64,000 bases of DNA, from contig OZ252295.1 in assembly GCA_965250195.1 (NCBI GenBank), forward strand, positions 2,586,887 through 2,650,886, in the 5' to 3' direction. Positions 36,812 through 45,806 of this stretch are shown here, piece after piece (within the stretch, counting starts at the first letter, position 1; the number at the start of each line of letters is the position of its first letter). The notes beneath the pieces are model-generated. The model searched no databases and was not told the origin of the DNA. It saw only the letters and a program-made list of their open reading frames with translations. This DNA comes from Dehalococcoidia bacterium (GTDB taxonomy: Bacteria; Chloroflexota; Dehalococcoidia; Lucifugimonadales; UBA2962). The position numbers were made by a program, and so were the translations under genes.

Positions 36812-37102
36812 ATGAATAAGCTACTGGCGGCCTTGACCGTAGGGATAATTGGTGCGTTCGCGGTCGCCACGACCGCATTGGCGGCCCAGGGCGTTATTAC
36901 TGAAGTCAATCCTTCCGGGGTGACCGGAATCATTGTTGAGGACGGCACCCGAGATGAAGTGAGGTTTATCAACCCACCCAAGAACGATGTGAGCCTGAGC
37001 GTAGGTCAGTGGGTGGAGTTCACTAAGTCGACCAACAAAGGCGGCAGGCACTTGACCTTCTCGGCCAGTCCGTTAGAGGGTGACCCAGGAGGCGGACGCT
37101 AG
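36812..37102 (+). CDS. small secreted protein
   Basis: Signal peptide MNKLLAALTVGIIGAFAVATTALAAQG. Length 96 aa. Confidence 0.5.
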   Translation: MNKLLAALTVGIIGAFAVATTALAAQGVITEVNPSGVTGIIVEDGTRDEVRFINPPKNDVSLSVGQWVEFTKSTNKGGRHLTFSASPLEGDPGGGR

Positions 37103-37124
37103 CTCGTAGCTGCGTCACGTGGCC

Positions 37125-37181
37125 TATCCTGAAATCCTAGTTTCCTGGGCAGGACCAGACCGCCTTCGCTCAACCGGGGGG
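37125..37181 (+). repeat. array repeat R10 (middle hairpin deleted)
   Basis: ATCCTGAAATCCTAGTTTCCTGGGCAGGACCAGACCGCCTTCGCTCAACCGGGGGGG. Confidence 0.55.
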
Positions 37182-37317
37182 GCCTGCACGTAGCTAGCAT
37201 GGCTTGCAAGAGGCGCTGCACGGCTGCCTGCGGGAGGCTATGGCTTATGTGCGGACGTGCCTGGCTCTCAGAGGCGGCTAGCCATGGGAAGACCCGCGGG
37301 GTTGTTATTCACCCGAG

Positions 37318-37566
37318 CTATGGCCTGATCTCTCTAGCCCACTGACCCGCCAATGCTCTCACCTCGTCGATGTTGGTCAGGGACTGCTTCTCGTGGCTTG
37401 GCGAGCTGACCTTCCACACCTTCATGAGGTCGTCCCACCAAACTTTGACGGAGGTCTGAACGTCGCCGTAGACCACGATCTGCTTGTGGGCCTGACCCGA
37501 TTTGTCCGGGATGTAGGTGATCTCGGGGTCCATAGTCCGCATTCTAGCAGCGTAGAAAACCGCCAC
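37318..37566 (-). CDS. hypothetical small protein
   Basis: 82-aa ORF with no motif. Confidence 0.4.
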   Translation of the reverse strand: MAVFYAARMRTMDPEITYIPDKSGQAHKQIVVYGDVQTSVKVWWDDLMKVWKVSSPSHEKQSLTNIDEVRALAGQWAREIRP

Positions 37567-37583
37567 GGCATTTAGTCTGGGGG

Positions 37584-37626
37584 TGCATAGCCCTTAAAGA
37601 GGGCCGCCCTGGCTCAACCGGCGGGG
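37584..37626 (+). repeat. array repeat R11 (right part)
   Basis: TGCATAGCCCTTAAAGAGGGCCGCCCTGGCTCAACCGGCGGGG. Confidence 0.75.
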
Positions 37627-37679
37627 GCAAGGTCGAATAACAATTCAGACTTTGAGTGCCTTACCAATGCCCATAACCT

Positions 37680-38846
37680 ATGCTAACGGCCAATGGGATG
37701 AGGAGAGTCAAGAGAATAGCCAAGATCGCCGCCAAGTCCTTCCTGGTCTTGCTCATCCTGGCGATAATTTTGATCGTGGCCACGCCCCAGGGCCGGACCG
37801 GCTCTCGGGCCGCCATGTTCGTGATGCAGGTCATACCTGCAGTCCCGATCAAGCCCTTGACCTGGTTTACCGGGGACCCGGAACGACGCCCCATACAGTT
37901 CGAAGGTGCGGTAGGAGAGTTGGAGGCGGACCTCTACATCCCCGGTGGTGACGGCCCGTTCGATGCGGTTCTGCTGTTCCTTGGGGTCAACCCGGCTGGT
38001 AGAGACGATAGCCGAGTGGTCAATCTGGCCGAAGGGCTGGCCAGGACAGGCAGGGTGGTGATGATCCCCTGGTCGGACGACATGACGGCCAAGCGCATTG
38101 TCCCGGGCGAGGTCGACAACATTGTGTTGGCCTTCGAGCACCTAGCTGGCCTCGACTTCGTAGACCCCGATCGAGTAGGGATGGCTGGCTTCTGCGTAGG
38201 TGCGTCTCTAGTCGCCGTGGCCGCCGAAGACCCTCGGATCTCAGACCGAGTCCGATACATCAATTTCTTCGGCGGGTACTTCGACGCGGCCGACCTCGTC
38301 AAGTCAGTGGTGACCAAGTCGAGATCCTATGATGGCGTCGTCGAGGCCTGGGATCCGGACTCCCTGGCCGTTGAGGTGGTGCGCCTTCACCTCATTGAAG
38401 GCCTGTCCGACCCAGCCGAGCGTGAGCTGTTGGAGAGCGCCTTCCTCAGAGGGGAGAGCGTGACCAGGGCAGAGGTTGTAAACCTCTCGGAGGAGGGGAC
38501 GGCGGTGTTCGATCTACTGATGGGGCCAGAGCCCGATGAGGTCGATGTAATTTTCGAACGGCTGCCATCGGCGGTGCACGAGTCGCTTCGACGGATTTCC
38601 CCCAGCACCGGTATCGACCGGTTAAACGCACGGCTTTTGATCATGCATGATCGCGAGGACAACCTGGTGCCATCCTACGAGTCTAGACGCCTCTTCGACG
38701 TCGTTGACGACCGCGGGAACACGTACTACACCGAGTTTTCGTTCTTCTCCCATGTCGACCCCACCGAGCAGGTCGGGTTCACCGGTTACATCACCGAGGG
38801 ATTCAAGCTCTTCCTGCACCTATACAACATGTTCCGGACGTTCTAG
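37680..38846 (+). CDS. membrane-anchored alpha/beta hydrolase (dienelactone-hydrolase-like)
   Basis: N-terminal TM helix. GFCVGAS nucleophile elbow with Cys, as in DLH. Late HDREDNLVP and SHVD. Confidence 0.6.
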   Translation: MLTANGMRRVKRIAKIAAKSFLVLLILAIILIVATPQGRTGSRAAMFVMQVIPAVPIKPLTWFTGDPERRPIQFEGAVGELEADLYIPGGDGPFDAVLLFLGVNPAGRDDSRVVNLAEGLARTGRVVMIPWSDDMTAKRIVPGEVDNIVLAFEHLAGLDFVDPDRVGMAGFCVGASLVAVAAEDPRISDRVRYINFFGGYFDAADLVKSVVTKSRSYDGVVEAWDPDSLAVEVVRLHLIEGLSDPAERELLESAFLRGESVTRAEVVNLSEEGTAVFDLLMGPEPDEVDVIFERLPSAVHESLRRISPSTGIDRLNARLLIMHDREDNLVPSYESRRLFDVVDDRGNTYYTEFSFFSHVDPTEQVGFTGYITEGFKLFLHLYNMFRTF

Positions 38847-38882
38847 CCCTTAGCGTTTGACGAGTTTGACTGGGGTAGACAT

Positions 38883-38945
38883 CCCAGTTCCCCGCGAGCA
38901 GCTACACAGCCCTTAGAAGGGGCCGCCCAGGCTCAACCGGCTGGG
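38883..38945 (+). repeat. array repeat R12
   Basis: CCCAGTTCCCCGCGAGCAGCTACACAGCCCTTAGAAGGGGCCGCCCAGGCTCAACCGGCTGGG. Confidence 0.8.
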
Positions 38946-38973
38946 TGCGGAGGGGGTTTCGTGGGGGGTCTAT

Positions 38974-40062
38974 TCAAAGAGGCCCGTAAAGGTCGTAGGC
39001 GGCAGCGTGCTCCGGCTGGTCCCGACGGAACGTGTCGGGGTTGGTGCCGCACTCCTGCGCCAGCCAGTAGGTAAATAGCTGCAGCGGAGGCAGGTAGACG
39101 ATGGGCGTGAGGAAATCAGCCGCGACCGGTAGCTCAAGCGTGGCGTCGGCCGAGCCAAATTCGCCGTCTCCAGTCTGCACCAGCGCCGCGACATGCGCGC
39201 CCGTTGCCTCGGCGGCTCGTGCGACCTGGACGGCCCGGGCGTGGTACGGGCCGGGTGGTGCGATCAGCGTCACCAAACAACCAGTAGTTGTGGCGACGAA
39301 GGGGCCATGCAGGAACTGCTCCATCTCGAAACCGGTAGTGACTAAATATGCCGCTTCGTTGATCTTGAGCGCCGCCTCATAGGCCGTCGCAGCGTTTGGG
39401 CCGCCTCCGGTAAACGCCAGCCAGCGGGAGTTTACAAAGCGTTTGGCCAGCGCCTGGGCCTGGTCGTCTGTCGCTAACGCGACACTGATTACGTCAGGCA
39501 GAGCCCTGATCGCGTCGAGCGCACCGTCCGAGGACGTGCCCGAGATCGACGCCGCTACAAGCGCCATCGCTGTAATGGCCGAGGTGTGGCTGACGGTGTA
39601 GGTGGCCGACCGGTCGGGTCCTCCGGTGGTGAGCACGATGTCGACTAAGGACAGGTCGGCCACGGTATCGTCGCAGGTCACCAGCGCCGTTACCGCTCCC
39701 GCACCATGTGCCAGCTCCAATGCCCGTCGGGAGATCGCCTTGCGACCGGTGTGGCTGAGGACGACTACGACGTCTTCGCTAAGCAACTCGGGTGGGTTAC
39801 TCACGAACTCGTGGGCGTTCCAGGCGCGGGCGTCGTGGCGCTCGCCGACCGCTCTGAGCAGGTGTTCGGAGACGAGCGCCGCATGCCAGGACGTGCCGAT
39901 GCCTACGATGTGCACGCGGGCGGCGGTCTCTATGCGCGCGGCCAGTTCCGCCGCAGCCAGTGACTGGGTGTCGATGACGCGTGCGATTGCGCTCGGCTGC
40001 TCGCGGATGCACTCGTACATGTGAAACGGGTGGGCTGATCGGGGTGGGGGGCTTTGAGCCAT
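38974..40062 (-). CDS. double-SIS-domain sugar-phosphate isomerase/aminotransferase-like protein (GlmS C-terminal/FrlB/AgaS-like)
   Basis: Two SIS repeats (VHIVGIGTSWHAA...; LAFTGGGPNAATAYEAALK). Length 362 aa. No glutaminase domain. Confidence 0.65.
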   Translation of the reverse strand: MAQSPPPRSAHPFHMYECIREQPSAIARVIDTQSLAAAELAARIETAARVHIVGIGTSWHAALVSEHLLRAVGERHDARAWNAHEFVSNPPELLSEDVVVVLSHTGRKAISRRALELAHGAGAVTALVTCDDTVADLSLVDIVLTTGGPDRSATYTVSHTSAITAMALVAASISGTSSDGALDAIRALPDVISVALATDDQAQALAKRFVNSRWLAFTGGGPNAATAYEAALKINEAAYLVTTGFEMEQFLHGPFVATTTGCLVTLIAPPGPYHARAVQVARAAEATGAHVAALVQTGDGEFGSADATLELPVAADFLTPIVYLPPLQLFTYWLAQECGTNPDTFRRDQPEHAAAYDLYGPL

Positions 40063-40110
40063 CGGTCTATCCTATGCGAGCCCTAACTGGAGTTCCAACG
40101 ACGCGGGGTA

Positions 40111-40173
40111 CCTCAGTTTCCCGCGAGCTGGCACATCGCCCCTAAGAGCGGCTGCCCTGGCTCAACCGGCGGG
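40111..40173 (+). repeat. array repeat R13
   Basis: CCTCAGTTTCCCGCGAGCTGGCACATCGCCCCTAAGAGCGGCTGCCCTGGCTCAACCGGCGGG. Confidence 0.85.
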
Positions 40174-40232
40174 CTGTACGGCCCTGCGCATTCATGTAGC
40201 TATCGACACATTGGCATATCATTCGCGGCACG

Positions 40233-43200
40233 ATGCCTAGTGAGCGTGTTCAACGCCAGATTGACCGGCTGCTCGACGAAGCCGAGCAGGCAATGGGTTT
40301 GCTCGAGTGGCAAATCGTCAGGCAACGTGTCGGGGCAGTCTTCGCTCTCGACCCCGAAAACGAGGACGCTACCACCTACATGGCCGCCGCCGAGCGTGCT
40401 GAGTCGGGTCACGCTGGCGCACCGGGGCCGCCGGAAGCAACCAAACCAGCTACCGAGTCTGAAACACCTACGTCGTTCTCCAACGGCCGCTACACCGTCA
40501 AGAAGTTCGTCGGCGAGGGCGGCAAAAAGAAAGTCTACCTCGCCCACGACGCTCAGCTCGACCGTGACATCGCCTTCGCGCTGATCAAGACCGAGGGCCT
40601 CGACGAAGCTGGCCGTGAGCGCATCACCCGCGAGGCCCAGTCCATGGGAAGGCTCGGGGCGCACCCACACATAGTCACGGTCTTCGAGTACGGGGATGAG
40701 GGCGGAGCGCCGTTCCTGGTCACCGAGCTGATGGGTGGGGGCGACGTCGAGGGGATTCTGGAAGACGCGCCAGATAACCGCGTTCCCCTGGAGCAGGCGC
40801 TAGAAATCGCCGGAGCCACCTGCCGGGGACTGGAGTTCGCCCACAGCCGGGGTATAGTCCACCGCGACCTCAAGCCCGGCAACGTGTGGCTGACGGCCGA
40901 CGGCGTTGCGAAGATCGGCGACTTCGGCCTGGCGGTCGCCATCGACCGGTCCCGGCTCACACAGCACGGAATGATGGTCGGGACAGTCTCGTACATGCCC
41001 CCAGAGCAGGCCCTCGGGGGCGAGGTCACACCGAAAGCCGACCTGTACTCGCTGGGCGCGATGCTTTACGAGATGGTCACCGGCCGACCGCCCTTTCTCG
41101 GTGACGACTCGGTCGCCATCATCGGCCAGCACATCAACACCGCGCCCGTTGCTCCGTCGTGGCACTGCTCGTGCCCGAAGCCACTAGAAGCGTTGATACT
41201 GCGGCTGCTATCGAAAGATCCGGCCGAGCGACCTGAGTCAGCCTCCGACGTGCTGGCCGCGCTGGTTGCGATCGACCCGACGGTTGTCGACACTACGGTC
41301 GAAGAGCAGGAGAACGTCCTCGACAGCCTGGCAGGCGGAGTGTTCGTTGGCCGCAGGGCCGAGATGGACCAGCTCAAAGCTGCATTGGAGGAGGCCCTCT
41401 CGGGCAAAGGTCGCCTGGTGACCCTTGTTGGTGAGCCGGGCATAGGTAAAACCCGCACGGCACAGGAACTGGTGACGTTTGCCAGCATGCGCGGCATGCA
41501 GGTGCTGTGGGGCCGCTGCTACGAGGAACAGGGCGTGCCGCCCTACTGGCCCTGGGTACAGGCGATCCGGGAATACGTGCACGAACGCAACGCCGACGAG
41601 CTTCGCAGTGAACTTGGCTCTGCCGCCGCCGTGATCGCGGAGATCGTGACCGATGTCAGGGATGCCCTGCCGGGCTTGCAAGCGCCGCCTGAAGTGAGCC
41701 GGGAGGAGGCCCGGTTCCGCCTTCTCGACTCTGTGGCCACTTTCCTAAAGAGCGCCTCTCGAAACAAACCGCTGATGCTTGTGCTGGACGACCTGCACTG
41801 GGCCGATGAAGCAACGCTCTCGCTACTCCAGTTCGTTGCCCGGGAGCTGGGCAACGCCAGGGTGCTGGTCATCGGCACCTACCGGGACATGGAGCTGAAT
41901 CGGCAGCACCCTCTCGCTGAGACGCTGGCTGAATTGACCAGAGTACGGCTGTTCGAGCGGGTCCTGCTGCGGGGCCTGAGCGCCGCCGACGTGGGCAGTT
42001 TCATGGAGCTGACCTCCGGTTTGGTGCCGCCCAAAGGCCTGGTGGAAGCCGTCCACAAGGACACCGAGGGTAATCCGCTGTTCGTCACCGAAGTGGTGCG
42101 GCTGCTAGTGCAGGACGGTGAGCTCACCCCGGAGAAAGTGCGGGAGCGTGGAACGGGATCCTGGGAGATTCGCATACCTGAAGGGATACGGGAGGTGATC
42201 GGCCGTCGGCTGAACCGGCTCTCCGAGCGCTGCAACGATGTGCTGACGACCGCCGCCGTGGTGGGACGGGCCTTCGAGATGCGGGTCATGTCCTCGCTGA
42301 TGAGCGACAACATGACCGAGGGCATGCTGCTCGATGTGCTGGAGGAGGCGTTGAACGCTCGGGTGATCGAGGAGCTTTCGGGTTCGGTCGGGCGATACCA
42401 GTTCACACATGCGCTCATACAGGAGACGCTGACCGACGACCTCAGCCTCACCCGTCGCGTGCGCCTGCACGCCCGCATCGCCGAGACGCTGGAAGCGCTT
42501 TACGGCGACCGCACGAAAGACCACGCCGTCGAGCTCGCACATCACTTCGCCCAGGCCGAGGCAATGCTGGGCAGCGACAAGCTGGTCGAGTATTCGCTTT
42601 TTGCGGGCCAGGCGGCTCTGGTGGCGTACGCGTTCGAAGATGCCGAGGCCATCTACCGCCGCGCTCTGAACGCGCTAGAAGGTTCGGAGATGGACGAGTC
42701 GAAGGCGGACCTCACGACCGGCCTGGGCATGGCTCTCGGTGGCAGCCTGCGCTGGGCCGAGGGCTGGCCGATCTTGGAGGAGGCGTTCAACTACTACGAG
42801 GCCGCCGGTCTGAAAGAAAAGGCCCTTGCCATTGTCATATACCCGGACGTTCACGCTCCCTCAAGGGGGCTGTCGGGTGCGAGCTTGGCAATGGAGCGGG
42901 CAGTCGAGCTGGCCGAGCCCGACTCCGCTAAGCGTGCGTACGTTCTGATGCTCTTCGGAGTGTTCGTCTCAGTTGACACGGGGGACGACGACCGTTCAGT
43001 CGAAATTATGGGCCGTGCATTCTCCATCGCTGAGGATCTGGGAGACATGCGGCTCCAGATGGAGGTGTTGGCTGGATGGTCCGAGGTCGACTTCTGGCGA
43101 GCCAAGGCATCGGAGAGCCTGCCGAAGGCGATCCGAGCGGCCAATTTAGCTGTCGAACTCGATGATCCCAACACCGAGTCATTTGCCCGGTTTTACGTGA

Positions 43201-44051
43201 GCATTTGCCGGTGGATCGGCGAGTTGGATATGGAGGCAGCCGTCGCAGAGTCACAGCTTGCCATCAAAGCTGCAGAAAGGGCCATGGGCCGCTCCAGTTT
43301 GCCTGCAACCCTTTATTTACACGGTCTTATCCAAGTGTTCCGAGGTCGTTTCGACGAAGCGGCCGACTTCCTGCAACAAGCCCATGAACTCGCGCCCGAA
43401 GACGAGATTATTCAGGCGTCCATGGCGAATTTTCACAACCAAGCCGGACGACTGGAGTTGGCCGACACATTCTTGGACCGGATGTGGGCAGGTGCCAGCG
43501 GACCTGGCCGAAAGCTCAGGTTGGGCCTTTACGTGTTTGTCGCGAACTACCGGCTAACCGTAGAAGCGGACGAACAAATCATGGCCCGAGTTGAGGAGAT
43601 CACGGAAGAGGCGTCGAACACTCGGATACCGCTCATGCCTCCTGTGATGATCGCCCGGATAAAAGGGCTCATCGCGGAATTGAAAAGCGATGCGGAAGGC
43701 GCGCGGTCTGCGTATGACCGGATCAACGAGGAGATCGGTGACGAGTTATCCGTGGGTGTTGCTGGTCCTCTTTCTAACGTACTCGCCAACCTGGCTGTCG
43801 CTTTCGGCGACCTTGATCTCGCAAATGAGCACTTCACACAGACGTTGCCCATTCTAGAAAGCGGTGGCTTCAGAACTGTCATGGCCCGGGTGCTCTACGA
43901 GTACGGGGACATGCTCCTGACCAGGGACGGCGACGGCGACCGGAAGAAGGCCAACCAGCTACTGGAGAAGGGCCTCCTCCTCTCTCGCGACATCGGCATG
44001 CCCTGGCTCACCGAACGCATCCTGGCGCGCCGGGAGATCCTCAAGGCCTAG
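40233..44051 (+). CDS. Ser/Thr protein kinase fused to an AAA/STAND-type NTPase and TPR-like repeats (PknK-like architecture)
   Basis: Kinase motifs GEGGKKKV..AFALIK, HRDLKPGNV, DFG, SYMPPE. Walker A GEPGIGKT and Walker B LVLDDLHWAD. Long helical-repeat C-terminus. Length 1272 aa. Confidence 0.85.
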   Translation: MPSERVQRQIDRLLDEAEQAMGLLEWQIVRQRVGAVFALDPENEDATTYMAAAERAESGHAGAPGPPEATKPATESETPTSFSNGRYTVKKFVGEGGKKKVYLAHDAQLDRDIAFALIKTEGLDEAGRERITREAQSMGRLGAHPHIVTVFEYGDEGGAPFLVTELMGGGDVEGILEDAPDNRVPLEQALEIAGATCRGLEFAHSRGIVHRDLKPGNVWLTADGVAKIGDFGLAVAIDRSRLTQHGMMVGTVSYMPPEQALGGEVTPKADLYSLGAMLYEMVTGRPPFLGDDSVAIIGQHINTAPVAPSWHCSCPKPLEALILRLLSKDPAERPESASDVLAALVAIDPTVVDTTVEEQENVLDSLAGGVFVGRRAEMDQLKAALEEALSGKGRLVTLVGEPGIGKTRTAQELVTFASMRGMQVLWGRCYEEQGVPPYWPWVQAIREYVHERNADELRSELGSAAAVIAEIVTDVRDALPGLQAPPEVSREEARFRLLDSVATFLKSASRNKPLMLVLDDLHWADEATLSLLQFVARELGNARVLVIGTYRDMELNRQHPLAETLAELTRVRLFERVLLRGLSAADVGSFMELTSGLVPPKGLVEAVHKDTEGNPLFVTEVVRLLVQDGELTPEKVRERGTGSWEIRIPEGIREVIGRRLNRLSERCNDVLTTAAVVGRAFEMRVMSSLMSDNMTEGMLLDVLEEALNARVIEELSGSVGRYQFTHALIQETLTDDLSLTRRVRLHARIAETLEALYGDRTKDHAVELAHHFAQAEAMLGSDKLVEYSLFAGQAALVAYAFEDAEAIYRRALNALEGSEMDESKADLTTGLGMALGGSLRWAEGWPILEEAFNYYEAAGLKEKALAIVIYPDVHAPSRGLSGASLAMERAVELAEPDSAKRAYVLMLFGVFVSVDTGDDDRSVEIMGRAFSIAEDLGDMRLQMEVLAGWSEVDFWRAKASESLPKAIRAANLAVELDDPNTESFARFYVSICRWIGELDMEAAVAESQLAIKAAERAMGRSSLPATLYLHGLIQVFRGRFDEAADFLQQAHELAPEDEIIQASMANFHNQAGRLELADTFLDRMWAGASGPGRKLRLGLYVFVANYRLTVEADEQIMARVEEITEEASNTRIPLMPPVMIARIKGLIAELKSDAEGARSAYDRINEEIGDELSVGVAGPLSNVLANLAVAFGDLDLANEHFTQTLPILESGGFRTVMARVLYEYGDMLLTRDGDGDRKKANQLLEKGLLLSRDIGMPWLTERILARREILKA

Positions 44052-44080
44052 CGCGGCGGATCGTTCGGTCGCGGATTCTG

Positions 44081-44142
44081 GGCAGTTTCTCGAGCGGCGG
44101 TACACGCCTCTAACAGGGGCCGCCCTGGCTCAACCGGCGGGG
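44081..44142 (+). repeat. array repeat R14
   Basis: GGCAGTTTCTCGAGCGGCGGTACACGCCTCTAACAGGGGCCGCCCTGGCTCAACCGGCGGGG. Confidence 0.85.
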
Positions 44143-44200
44143 TCTACGGCACTGCCCATCCATGTAGCCATCGATACATTGGCATATCATTTGCGGCACG

Positions 44201-44347
44201 ATGCCGAGTGATTTCATTCAGAGTCGTATTGATCGACTTCTGGCTCAGGCGGCAGAGGCAGCCGACGAACTCGACTGGGACGGGGTGGTCTCGGCTAAGC
44301 AAAGGGTCGTCACCGTCCAGCCCAAGGTCAAGCCCGCCGAAGAGTAA
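44201..44347 (+). CDS. 48-aa ORF homologous to the N-terminus of the kinase-STAND protein
   Basis: Own translation: MPSDFIQSRIDRLLAQAAEAADELDWDGVVSAKQRVVTVQPKVKPAEE, versus kinase MPSERVQRQIDRLLDEAEQAMGLLEWQIV. The 60-nt leader is also duplicated. Its stop overlaps the next ATG (TAATG). Confidence 0.45.
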   Translation: MPSDFIQSRIDRLLAQAAEAADELDWDGVVSAKQRVVTVQPKVKPAEE

Positions 44348-44673
44348 TGGCGAGGTCACCAACCGCCATGGCAAAGTTCGCTACATCAGCCCTCGTGCTG
44401 GCAGCGTTCGTCCTGGCCGCGTGTGGCGGCAATTCGGCCGTCGCCAGTCCCAGCGCGACCGAAGAGAGCTACCAGAGCTACTACCAGCAGTCAAAAGGCG
44501 ACGTCTGCGACCCCAGCTACCCCGGCGTCTTCATCGCTCCGCCGCCGCCGGACCTGGTGTGCGAGGAGGTGCCCTACCGCAACTTCGCCGTCATCGGCTC
44601 AGACCCGCACGCCTTCGACGCCGACGGCAACGGAATTGGTTGCGAGGGGTGGCTGCACAGTGCCGGCAACTGA
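44347..44673 (+). CDS. excalibur-domain lipoprotein
   Basis: Lipobox VLAAC. C-terminal DADGNGIGCE (DxDxDGxxCE calcium-binding excalibur motif). Confidence 0.75.
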   Translation: MARSPTAMAKFATSALVLAAFVLAACGGNSAVASPSATEESYQSYYQQSKGDVCDPSYPGVFIAPPPPDLVCEEVPYRNFAVIGSDPHAFDADGNGIGCEGWLHSAGN

Positions 44674-44693
44674 CGGCGAGCGAGCGCCTGATC

Positions 44694-44813
44694 GCGCACA
44701 CGGGCGCGCCTTGGACCCCCTATCGCTCTCTGTAGCGGTCCTGGGCTATTCCTGTAACTAAGGGGTGTTGCTTGACGGGGTTTGACGGGGTAATCCTGGG
44801 AGTTTCGTGTGGG
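44694..44813. repeat. non-coding element X, copy B part 1 (interrupted)
   Basis: GCGCACACGGGCGCGCCTTGGACCCCCTATCGCTCTCTGTAGCGGTCCTGGGC...CTTGACGGGGTTTGACGGGGTAATCCTGGGAG aligns with 30690-30797. Confidence 0.6.
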
Positions 44814-44858
44814 CTGGCACATCGTTGTTAGAGAGGCCTCAGGCACGTCAACCGGCGC
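44814..44858 (+). repeat. array repeat R15 (degenerate, lying inside element X copy B)
   Basis: CTGGCACATCGTTGTTAGAGAGGCCTCAGGCACGTCAACCGGCGC, compared with the R13 segment CTGGCACATCGCCCCTAAGAGCGGCTGCCCTGGCTCAACCGGCGG. Confidence 0.45.
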
Positions 44859-44932
44859 TCTGTTTCGACCGAAAGTCCCGGGCCATGGCGGCGAGGGCGC
44901 TTAAGAGCCGCTAGTCACGTATTTAGCACCCC

Positions 44933-45018
44933 CTTGACAGGGCTTTGCTGGGGTCATGCTGGGAGTTGTTGGAGACGGGGGGGTCGAACTACACGTGCAA
45001 CACGGGTGTAGTCCTTTT
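44933..45018. repeat. non-coding element X, copy B part 2 (hairpin plus T-run)
   Basis: CTTGACAGGGCTTTGCTGGGGTCATGCTGGGAG..GGAGACGGGGGGGTCGAACTACAC-N11-GTGTAGTCCTTTT aligns with 30765-30856. Confidence 0.6.
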
Positions 45019-45121
45019 CACTGTCCCCCGAAGTTTTTCCGAATGGTCAGTTGGCCCAGTCTGGTCAGGGGATCAGTATTCGAGTGGCCAGATCGGTCAT
45101 GGCGAACCCCGACTTGCGGAC

Positions 45122-45781
45122 CTACTTCTTAAAGACGGCGACCGTGGCCACGTAGTCCTGGTCAAGGGAGCCCGCCGTCTCCGATGTGGGGTACGGGTCC
45201 AGCGCGGAAAGGGCCACGAAAAAGCCTCCGCCCGGGGTGCCGATGGTGGGATCGACCTGTCCGCCCTCCAGTGAAAGGGTCAGTTCACCCACGTTCTGCC
45301 CGAACCACGAGATGTGTATCTTGATTTTCGCTTCGCCCGTAGTGGCGCAGGTCGCGTCCTGCGGGCAGCGGGAGTCCTCCAACACCTCCAGGAAAGTGAC
45401 CGTCAAGCCGTCGCCCTGGATCGGGCTGGCCATGCGCTCGCCCAGGTCCAGTCGCACCAGCGTCCCCAGCGGAGCCACGGTGACTTCGGTATCGTCGTCG
45501 GCATCCATCACCTCGTTCGAGAAGACGAACTCGGACGCGGGTCTGCCGCTGGTGCTAGAGCCGCCCACCGGCTCCGGGGTGGGCTCGGCCTCCTCTGCCT
45601 GAGCGACCGGTTCCACCCCGACCAGGGTCGATCGGTCGCCTGCCACACCGGTGTCGCTCCGGTTGGTGGCCAGATCCCCGGAGTCGCCGGACGCGGTGGA
45701 GTCTGTGGCGGCCGGCGAGCCGGAGCAAGCCATTGCGATAAAGATCACGACGGCGGCCGAGACGCGCAGAAGTCGAATCAA
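45122..45781 (-). CDS. hypothetical lipoprotein
   Basis: Signal/lipobox VIFIAMAC. No other motif. Lies 25 nt downstream of the Kelch gene. Confidence 0.5.
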   Translation of the reverse strand: MIRLLRVSAAVVIFIAMACSGSPAATDSTASGDSGDLATNRSDTGVAGDRSTLVGVEPVAQAEEAEPTPEPVGGSSTSGRPASEFVFSNEVMDADDDTEVTVAPLGTLVRLDLGERMASPIQGDGLTVTFLEVLEDSRCPQDATCATTGEAKIKIHISWFGQNVGELTLSLEGGQVDPTIGTPGGGFFVALSALDPYPTSETAGSLDQDYVATVAVFKK

Positions 45782-45806
45782 AGGGTCCCCCTGGCGCTCG
45801 ACGGCC

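Noticed and set aside
44871-44884. An RNase P RNA-like GAAAGTCCCGGGCC string.
   Set aside because: Only this short segment resembles the conserved GGAAAGUCCGGGC (CR-I region), and it has an extra C. None of the other conserved RNase P regions or helices are nearby.
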